DNA of 64,000 bases. Source: Candidatus Saccharimonadota bacterium. GTDB lineage: Bacteria; Patescibacteriota; Saccharimonadia; UBA4664. Shown here piece by piece: positions 40,042 to 46,721 of the stretch (position 1 is the first letter of the stretch; every line of letters starts with the position of its first letter). Made by a program: the position numbers and the translations under genes. The notes below the pieces were generated by a model. It worked only from the letters and a program-made list of their open reading frames with translations. It searched no databases and was not told the origin of the DNA. The stretch is taken from the NCBI GenBank assembly GCA_019352195.1, contig JACAFG010000002.1, forward strand, positions 167,820 to 231,819, read 5' to 3'.

Positions 40042-40976
40042 GATCGAATGAGCCAGTCATTGCGATGCAACTGGTAGTCATGGAACAACTCCAGGGTGTG
40101 ACACTCGGCTCGGTTACGGCCCTGATGACTTCGTGGCGTGGCCGTCCAGTATACTCCCATGTAGCCAGCAACTTTGGCCGGTTTGATCATGCCGTACCTG
40201 GCTAAGTGCAAAATGCCATTGACCTTACCGAGATACTTACGCGGGACATAGGTACGGCCGGTGAGGTCGAGCCCAATGCCGTTGATCTGGACCGGTCCCT
40301 TCGCGAGGTCGTAAACTTTGGCCTTGCGATAGCTGATGTCAAACCCTGCCGCTGCGATGACGTCTCTGATGGCACGTCGTTTGCGCTCACCAATGGGTTC
40401 GTTACTTGAGAAGGTGAGGTCGTCAATGTAGCGGCTGTATGTCAGCCCCCAGCGCTTGAGTCGGGGGGCTAAGCGTTGATCGATGAGCTCGCCGGCATAG
40501 ATGTTAAACAGATCCGGCGAGGCGGGCGCTCCGGTGAGTAGGCCGCCCGTTGTGCCCAAACAATAGCGCTTGAGAAAATCATGTGTGCTCGACAGCTCGG
40601 ACGGGTCGGCAACAAGATAGCCGTCACGTTGCGCTGCCAGCGTACACAGGATGAACGCCAGTTCGCCACCCTTTACATACAAATACGCGCTGTGAAGGTC
40701 CAGCAGGTACAAGTAGCGCTTGCCGCGATGACGCTCGACATTGCGTCGTGGCGACGAGCCAGGTAAAACCGCGGTGGCGTAGGGTGAGCGGCCATGGACT
40801 TTAGTTTGCAGGAGCCGTAGATCAACGATCATGCGGCTATGAAGCTTGCGCATGGGGTCGTTGGGCGCGTGAATGGTGCGCCACTTGGTAACCCCGCTTA
40901 CCTTATTTTCATCGCGTAATCGATGAACGCGAAAGCTTGGCTCATCTCCAAGGAGGTCTGATAGGTTGTCAAACAA
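40038..40976 (-). CDS. retron-type reverse transcriptase (312 aa)
   Basis: K.R.I.AP, region X-like NVERH, LDL...Y, LLTGAPASP.L.NI, YSRYIDDLTFS and region Y-like INGI. No maturase or endonuclease extension. Confidence 0.88.
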   Translation of the reverse strand: MFDNLSDLLGDEPSFRVHRLRDENKVSGVTKWRTIHAPNDPMRKLHSRMIVDLRLLQTKVHGRSPYATAVLPGSSPRRNVERHRGKRYLYLLDLHSAYLYVKGGELAFILCTLAAQRDGYLVADPSELSSTHDFLKRYCLGTTGGLLTGAPASPDLFNIYAGELIDQRLAPRLKRWGLTYSRYIDDLTFSSNEPIGERKRRAIRDVIAAAGFDISYRKAKVYDLAKGPVQINGIGLDLTGRTYVPRKYLGKVNGILHLARYGMIKPAKVAGYMGVYWTATPRSHQGRNRAECHTLELFHDYQLHRNDWLIRS

Positions 40977-41003
40977 CGGAGGTGCTCCTCACTGAGAGTC
41001 GGG

Positions 41004-41412
41004 GGTGTGGTCTGGGGCCACAGTTTGGTACTGCCTAACCACGAAGGACAATCCTGTCCGAGAGATAGCCGCGCCAGATGAAGGATCCTGCCGTCGGCCG
41101 CCCGCAAACGTAGAGCGCACGAAATCGAGTCGGGGACAAATGGGACTTGCGCCAGCAACGGCACTCCTCGCATGTGATCCAGACACTGTACCCGTGGCGG
41201 TACGCCGAGATGCAGCACGGATGGACTGTCAGATGGGAGAGAAGTCAACGCTGGATGTGAAAAAAAACGAACGCTAACATCCCTGAAACTCGCCCGAGGG
41301 CCAGCCCCTCCTCATCGCATGAACGACGAGGTTGTATTGCTTTGTCGAACTCCAAACTGCTGCTAGCGCGGCCCCAGACCACTCCACGAACGACCAGCTG
41401 GACCGTCGTGGA
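41004..41412 (-). ncRNA. putative retron msr-msd-like ncRNA
   Basis: Closing inverted repeat 41007-41019/41370-41382 (13/13, extending to 15/16), inner stem 41021-41028/41352-41359 and many internal hairpins. Lies directly upstream of the RT. Confidence 0.7.
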
Positions 41413-41419
41413 TGACATG

Positions 41420-41447
41420 ATAATACCCGCTTGCACCAGATAAGCAA
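41420..41447 (-). promoter_or_regulatory. putative promoter of the ncRNA-RT unit
   Basis: TTGCTT, 16 nt, TATTAT on the minus strand. Confidence 0.5.
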
Positions 41448-41495
41448 ACCATTTTAGGTCTTGTTCGGCTTTGATTCGGTTGGTATACTCCTTGC

Positions 41496-42563
41496 ATGAC
41501 GGTCTTACTCATTGCTAGTTTATTTATCGTAATTATTGGCGGTTTTGTTGCCGTGGTCTTAAGTATGAATCGCCAGGTTCGGCGTCTTCAGGATGGGCTC
41601 AAGAGTGATACAGCACTTGGTCTCATCAAGCAGGATCTACAGGGGATTAATAACACCATAAATGATCGCATGGATAAATCTAATGATTCGATGCGCGACG
41701 CTATCCAGCGCCAATTTGCGGCTAGCTCGCGGCTGATCGGCGAGGTAACCCGTGATCTCACTGAACTCAAAGAGAGCAATAAGCAGGTGCTTGGTATTAC
41801 CGACGAACTAAAGTTACTGCAAAATACCCTTCAAAACCCTAAGCAGCGCGGGGTCTTGGGTGAATATTTCTTACAAAGTGTGCTCGAGAATGTTTTACCG
41901 CCCGAACGATTCGAACTGCAATATAAGTTTAGTGACGGCGAAATTGTGGACGCCATTATTCGCCTCGACCGCGGGATGATTTTGCCGGTCGACTCTAAGT
42001 TTAGCCTCGAAAATTACAATCGACTGGTAGAGGAAACTGACATAGCTAAGCAAGACGCGCTGATAAAGGGCTTCAAAAATGATTTGAAGTCTCGCATAGA
42101 TGAGACCTCCAAGTATATACGTCCGAGTGAGGGGACTATGGATTTTGCCTTTATGTTCATCCCGAGCGAGGCCATTTATTATGATTTGCTTATCAATAAG
42201 GTGGGGACGTTGCAGACCAATTCACGCGATTTAATTGAGTATGCCTTTCGTGATAAGCGGGTAATCATTGTAAGTCCTACATCATTTATGGCGTACTTGC
42301 AGACGGTATTGCAGGGACTGCGGAGCCTGCAGATTGAAGAAAAGGCTAAGGAAATTCAGATAAGGGTTGGTGAATTAGGGCGTCATATTAATGCTCACGA
42401 GGTCTTTATGCAGAAGCTTGGGGTCTCACTTGGAACCACGGTGGGCCACTTTAATAATGCGCATAAAGAGCTGAAGAAAATGGATAAAGACGTAGTGAAG
42501 ATTGCTGATGTCACGCCCTCGGTTGAGCCGCTCATTCTTGACCGTCCGAGTAGTGACGAGTAA
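41496..42563 (+). CDS. rmuC: DNA recombination protein RmuC
   Basis: N-terminal TM, coiled coil, K.RG.LGE, PVDSKF, DFAFMFIPSE and VSPT. Confidence 0.95.
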   Translation: MTVLLIASLFIVIIGGFVAVVLSMNRQVRRLQDGLKSDTALGLIKQDLQGINNTINDRMDKSNDSMRDAIQRQFAASSRLIGEVTRDLTELKESNKQVLGITDELKLLQNTLQNPKQRGVLGEYFLQSVLENVLPPERFELQYKFSDGEIVDAIIRLDRGMILPVDSKFSLENYNRLVEETDIAKQDALIKGFKNDLKSRIDETSKYIRPSEGTMDFAFMFIPSEAIYYDLLINKVGTLQTNSRDLIEYAFRDKRVIIVSPTSFMAYLQTVLQGLRSLQIEEKAKEIQIRVGELGRHINAHEVFMQKLGVSLGTTVGHFNNAHKELKKMDKDVVKIADVTPSVEPLILDRPSSDE

Positions 42564-43151
42564 ATGAATATTTCAGAGCCAATTTTTGGCGTAGCCTCGG
42601 CGCTCTTGTTGGCAGCGTCGGGTCCATCATATTTTATTAGCACTATTAAAGGGCAAATGAAGCCGCAGCGTGCCACTTGGTTTATTTGGGCAGTACTTGG
42701 TGTGACAGCGCTGGTGTCTCAGGTGGCTTTGGGTGGCACGTGGTCGGTTGTATTTACGGCAGTTGATAGCCTGGGTAATATCTTAATGTTTCTGCTAGCG
42801 CTGAAATATGGGGTTGGGGGTTGGAACCGACTCGATAAGATTGCCTTGGTGATTGCGGGGGTTGGAATAATTGTTTCAATCGTCGTCAGACAGCAACTTA
42901 TTGCGCTTGTTGGTGTGATTGTAGCTGACGCCGCCTCAGCATCTTTGACGATCCGGAAAGCCTATCTGGATCCAGCCAGTGAGGATCCGCTGGCCTGGCT
43001 GCTGGTGGGACTTAGCGCAGTCTGCGCCCTCATTGCGGTTGGCCGCATTGACGTCCAGCTATTGATTTACCCGATATATCTGGCACTCGCTAATTTTGGG
43101 GTCGTAGTGGCTCAACGTGTTGGGTTTCGCCGCGTTGCCGGTCGAGTATAA
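42564..43151 (+). CDS. integral membrane protein (PQ-loop-like)
   Basis: About 7 TM segments with KP.RATW.IW and T..KAY.DP.SE...W. Confidence 0.7.
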   Translation: MNISEPIFGVASALLLAASGPSYFISTIKGQMKPQRATWFIWAVLGVTALVSQVALGGTWSVVFTAVDSLGNILMFLLALKYGVGGWNRLDKIALVIAGVGIIVSIVVRQQLIALVGVIVADAASASLTIRKAYLDPASEDPLAWLLVGLSAVCALIAVGRIDVQLLIYPIYLALANFGVVVAQRVGFRRVAGRV

Positions 43152-43204
43152 ATTTTGCCTCAGTTAAGCATGAACGGTATACTTTGATCAACGAAAGGGA
43201 AGTA

Positions 43205-44197
43205 ATGAAACGAATTGTTTCTGGTATCAAGCCAACTGGTGAACTTACGCTCGGAAATTATCTGGGAGCAATGCGACGTTGGGGCGAAATGAGCGCCAAC
43301 CCCGATCATGAGCATTTTTTCTTTGTGCCCAACCTGCATGCTCTGACGGTGCGCCCGGAGCCGAAGACGCTGCATACCGATAGCCGAGCGGCAGTAGCTT
43401 GGCTGTTGGCGATGGGTGTAGATCATGATCACAGCTACATCTTTATGCAGTCTCAGGTGCCGGCTCATAGCGAACTGACATGGATTTTGAATAACTACAC
43501 CACCATGGGTGAGCTCAACCGAATGACGCAGTTTAAAGACAAGGCTCTCAAGAGCGGCGCCGAGGGTCAGCTAGTTGGCTTGTATGACTACCCAGTACTT
43601 ATGGCCGCTGACATATTGCTCTACGATGCGGATGAGGTACCGGTGGGCGAAGACCAGAAACAGCACGTGGAATTAACGCGTGATATTGCGACCCGCTTCA
43701 ATAACCTGCATGGCGACGTTTTCCGTGTACCTCAGCCGACGGTTCAATCAGAAGGGGCCCGCATTATGAATTTGCAGGATCCGGCCAAAAAAATGAGCAA
43801 AAGTGATACTGATGACAGCGGAAACATTTTGCTGACCGACGACGAAAAGACAATCGTGAAGAAAATAAGCCGCGCTGTTACCGATTCAGGTAGTGTGGTG
43901 TCAACGGGCGCCGATAAACCTGCGCTCACCAATTTGCTGACCATTCATTCCATATTAGCTGGCAAGTCGATTGAAGAGCTGGAAGCTGCCTACGCCGGCA
44001 AAGGTTATGGCGCCTTTAAGGAGGACTTAGCTGATATCGTGGTTGAGACTTTAGCTCCACTCCAAAAACACTATCACCAGCTGATGAGTGAAGGGAACAC
44101 CAAAATCGATCAGGCTTTGGAGCACGGTTGGTGGAGAGCATCGGAGCTGGCTAATGCCAAACTCGCTCAAGTGAAAGAGATTTTGGGCCTGTTTTAG
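43205..44197 (+). CDS. trpS: tryptophan--tRNA ligase
   Basis: SGIKPTG.LTLGNYLGA, YPVLMAADIL, VPVGEDQ.QH and KMSKS. Confidence 0.98.
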   Translation: MKRIVSGIKPTGELTLGNYLGAMRRWGEMSANPDHEHFFFVPNLHALTVRPEPKTLHTDSRAAVAWLLAMGVDHDHSYIFMQSQVPAHSELTWILNNYTTMGELNRMTQFKDKALKSGAEGQLVGLYDYPVLMAADILLYDADEVPVGEDQKQHVELTRDIATRFNNLHGDVFRVPQPTVQSEGARIMNLQDPAKKMSKSDTDDSGNILLTDDEKTIVKKISRAVTDSGSVVSTGADKPALTNLLTIHSILAGKSIEELEAAYAGKGYGAFKEDLADIVVETLAPLQKHYHQLMSEGNTKIDQALEHGWWRASELANAKLAQVKEILGLF

Positions 44198-44214
44198 GTC
44201 GATCACCCAAGATA

Positions 44215-44250
44215 AAAAGAAAACAGCGATTTCGATCGCTGTTTTCTTTT
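44215..44250 (+). terminator. intrinsic terminator after trpS
   Basis: AAAAGAAAACAGCGAT-TTCG-ATCGCTGTTTTCTTTT. Confidence 0.85.
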
Positions 44251-44453
44251 TACAACAAACCAAACATTGTAATTTCACTGAATTAGTTTTTTACAGGTTT
44301 ATTTAGCCTCAAATCTGATAAGTATTTTACGGCTATGTATTGTAATATTAACAACATTAGCCACTGAAAAGTATGCTAAAAATTGATAATAATTAGCGAA
44401 TTATGCCTATACAGAGGTATTTGTAGCGTAGCAGTGATTGAAGCTTAAGACTG

Positions 44454-44482
44454 TTGACTTTTGAAAATGGTTGTGCTAAGTT
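44454..44482 (+). promoter_or_regulatory. sigma70-type promoter of the structured RNA array
   Basis: TTGACT (44454-59), 17 nt, TAAGTT (44477-82) with an extended -10 TG. Confidence 0.6.
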
Positions 44483-44488
44483 TGTTTC

Positions 44489-45092
44489 AGACCGAAGTTC
44501 GCAGACCACATAGCCCGCGATCACCGACCAACCGTTCAGACCAAGTCCGCCGCTCAAAGATCACCGACCACGACCAAAGGTTCCTTAAAATGTTAAAAAC
44601 TCTCGTTCAAACTCATCTAGAGTTACGTCCGGATGGTAGGGGTAGTCCCGGTTAGAAATATCCCCCTTATTTCTAACCCGGGCTCTCCCCACCATCAAAC
44701 CAACTAAGCTCAATCTAGTGTCCAAACCTAGATGACGCACTGGCTTAGGACCAGACCAAGACCCGACCAATGACCAACGTAACATGACAACAAACATCAC
44801 TGTTACAGGTAGCTGGAAGGCATGCGGTAATAACATACGTTGTTGCCGACTGCCTTCCAGCTACACCATGACCCGGGAGGAAAAACTTAGCTCAAACTAG
44901 TACATGAACATAGACTAGAAGTAGCTAGCACCACAACTATTTCTTACTGATATCCAAAACTATTGGTAGGAAGTACTACGGGGCGACAGGCGCCAATTTA
45001 CCAATAAATATGGGTGCTTCTTGTTCGCCCCGTAACTCGAATTTATTCCAAAGCATCAATGATTGTCGTGAGACGAGCATTGATGCTTTTTT
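44489..45092 (+). ncRNA. candidate long ncRNA made of three structural repeat units
   Basis: Repeating short-hairpin/long-hairpin/third-hairpin modules every ~165-183 nt, G-U pairs on the + strand, nine GACCA copies in linkers, and its own promoter and terminator. Confidence 0.6.
45050..45092 (+). terminator. intrinsic terminator ending the RNA array
   Basis: AAAGCATCAATG...CATTGATGCTTTTTT. Confidence 0.8.
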
Positions 45093-45163
45093 CGATTGCC
45101 TCTACCTGTGGCGGGAAGGGGTGTAAGGTGCAATAATAGAGCCAATATAAGCGTGAGTGGAAT

Positions 45164-45538
45164 GTGCCGGCCAGGGGACAGCTAACAATACTAGCTTTGT
45201 GGAGCGCTGCGGGTGGGGCTGTGGTACTTATAACCATGCTTGCAACCAATCCGGCGGCCATTGGTCCCGTAGGGGTGACCGTCTGGTTTGTGTTGTTATT
45301 GAGCGTGTTTGCCAGTGTATTAACGCTCGCTATGTATGCTGTTAAGGCGTATTTTCACCTGCATGCGACGCGTCAGCAACGTCTGCGTTACTCGTTACGG
45401 CAGGGTTTACTGGTGGCAGGATGGGTGTCGGGCTTGTTGGCCTTGGCTTCACTCGGCCAATTGGGCGTGCGCGATGTTATACTACTAGGACTAGCCGCCG
45501 TTATTGTTGAGTTATATGTGAGGTTTCGCTGGCCATGA
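45164..45538 (+). CDS. 4-TM hypothetical membrane protein
   Basis: Hydrophobic 124-aa ORF with SLRQG. Overlaps the pheS start (ATGA). Confidence 0.75.
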   Translation: MPARGQLTILALWSAAGGAVVLITMLATNPAAIGPVGVTVWFVLLLSVFASVLTLAMYAVKAYFHLHATRQQRLRYSLRQGLLVAGWVSGLLALASLGQLGVRDVILLGLAAVIVELYVRFRWP

Positions 45539-46557
45539 CCGAGGAGCAAATTCGTTTAGCAGTTACCGGTGCAAAAAGCCTGGATCAGCTTGAGCTGGTG
45601 CGGGTTGAGCTTGTTGGACGCAAGGGCAGCCTTACCGAGCAACTGCGCCGCGTAGGGGACTTACCTGCCGCTGAGCGCTCCTCTGCCGGCGCTGAGGCGA
45701 ATCGCTTGCGGCTGGCAGCGGAAGCGGCACTTAAACTGCGCTTTGCCGAATTACGTGCGGCAGCCACGAAGAGCGAGCTAAGTACGCCACTTGATCTTAC
45801 TGCCCCCGGAGTTACCTTGGCATTAGGCCATCGTCACCCTGTCTCCCTCGTGTTAGATGAGTTGATAGAGGTGTTTTGGCAAATGGGGTATCAGGTGGCT
45901 GACGGTCCCGAAGTTGAGACCGAATGGCATAATTTTGAGGCTCTCAACATTCCTGAGACGCATCCGGCGCGCGATATGCAAGATACCTTTTATCTGGAGG
46001 GAGGGAACTTGCCGCGCACGCATACGTCGGGCGTTCAGATCCGCTTTATGCAGGCGCATAAGGACGACTTACCAATAAGAATTGTTTCTCCCGGCAAGGT
46101 TTATCGAAATGAAGACGAGGATGCACGCCACTCCTGGAGCTTTTATCAGATTGAAGGACTGGTGGTAGACGAGGGGATTAGCCTTGCCGACCTCAAAGGC
46201 ACTTTAGAAGCTATGATGGTGGGCGTATTAGGTGAGGGTACAAAGGTACGTTTGCGCCCGAATTATTTTCCTTATACCGAGCCGAGCGTTGAGATGGATG
46301 CAAGCTGTGTAATCTGTAGCGGCACAGGTGTTGTAGATGGGGCATCATGTAAACTATGCTCTGGTACTGGTTGGCTTGAGCTGGGCGGTGCCGGCATGGT
46401 GCACCCCCAGGTTCTACGCAACGTTGGCATCGATCCAGTTCGCTACAGTGGCTTTGCTTTTGGGTTTGGTCCCGAGCGAATTGCGGCTATCAAATACAAT
46501 GTTGGTGATGTGCGTGAATTTTGGCGTCCTAATTTTAATTTTCTGGATCAGTTTTAA
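45535..46557 (+). CDS. pheS: phenylalanine--tRNA ligase alpha subunit
   Basis: HPARDMQDTFY, RTHTS, PGKVYR, YFPYTEPS and GFAFGFG.ER. Confidence 0.98.
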   Translation: MTEEQIRLAVTGAKSLDQLELVRVELVGRKGSLTEQLRRVGDLPAAERSSAGAEANRLRLAAEAALKLRFAELRAAATKSELSTPLDLTAPGVTLALGHRHPVSLVLDELIEVFWQMGYQVADGPEVETEWHNFEALNIPETHPARDMQDTFYLEGGNLPRTHTSGVQIRFMQAHKDDLPIRIVSPGKVYRNEDEDARHSWSFYQIEGLVVDEGISLADLKGTLEAMMVGVLGEGTKVRLRPNYFPYTEPSVEMDASCVICSGTGVVDGASCKLCSGTGWLELGGAGMVHPQVLRNVGIDPVRYSGFAFGFGPERIAAIKYNVGDVREFWRPNFNFLDQF

Positions 46558-46559
46558 AA

Positions 46560-46721
46560 ATGACACGAATGGTAACCAGCCAAAAGCTCGACTCATGTTG
46601 TAGTTTGTTCATCAACGATGGTCAAGTGAAGCCGAGACTCGATGTTCGGTTTTTTGAGAGTGGGTATTTACCCACATCATTAGTCCCCCGAAAACGGCCG
46701 CTGAAAGGAGCTCGAGGATGA
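46560..46721 (+). CDS. 53-aa micro-ORF bridging pheS and pheT
   Basis: ATG 2 nt after the pheS stop, open across the whole spacer, TGA overlapping the pheT ATG. Confidence 0.35.
   Translation: MTRMVTSQKLDSCCSLFINDGQVKPRLDVRFFESGYLPTSLVPRKRPLKGARG

Noticed and set aside
41040-41155. CACGAA...GCGCCAG motifs repeated at a 78-nt offset
   Set aside because: Only two copies with about 55% identity, which may be chance.
41005-41277. Short ORFs upstream of the RT as a possible effector
   Set aside because: No RBS or recognisable domain, and they lie within the base-paired ncRNA. A micro-protein cannot be fully excluded.
40038-41450. DGR or group II intron interpretation of the RT
   Set aside because: No LGxxxSQ motif, Avd gene or TR/VR pair seen. 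No maturase domain or domain V hairpin. The motifs fit retrons.
44489-45092. CRISPR array
   Set aside because: No identical 23-47-nt repeats and no cas genes. The repetition is structural.
46300-46375. CxxCxGxG zinc ribbon in PheS
   Set aside because: A common feature of many bacterial PheS proteins.
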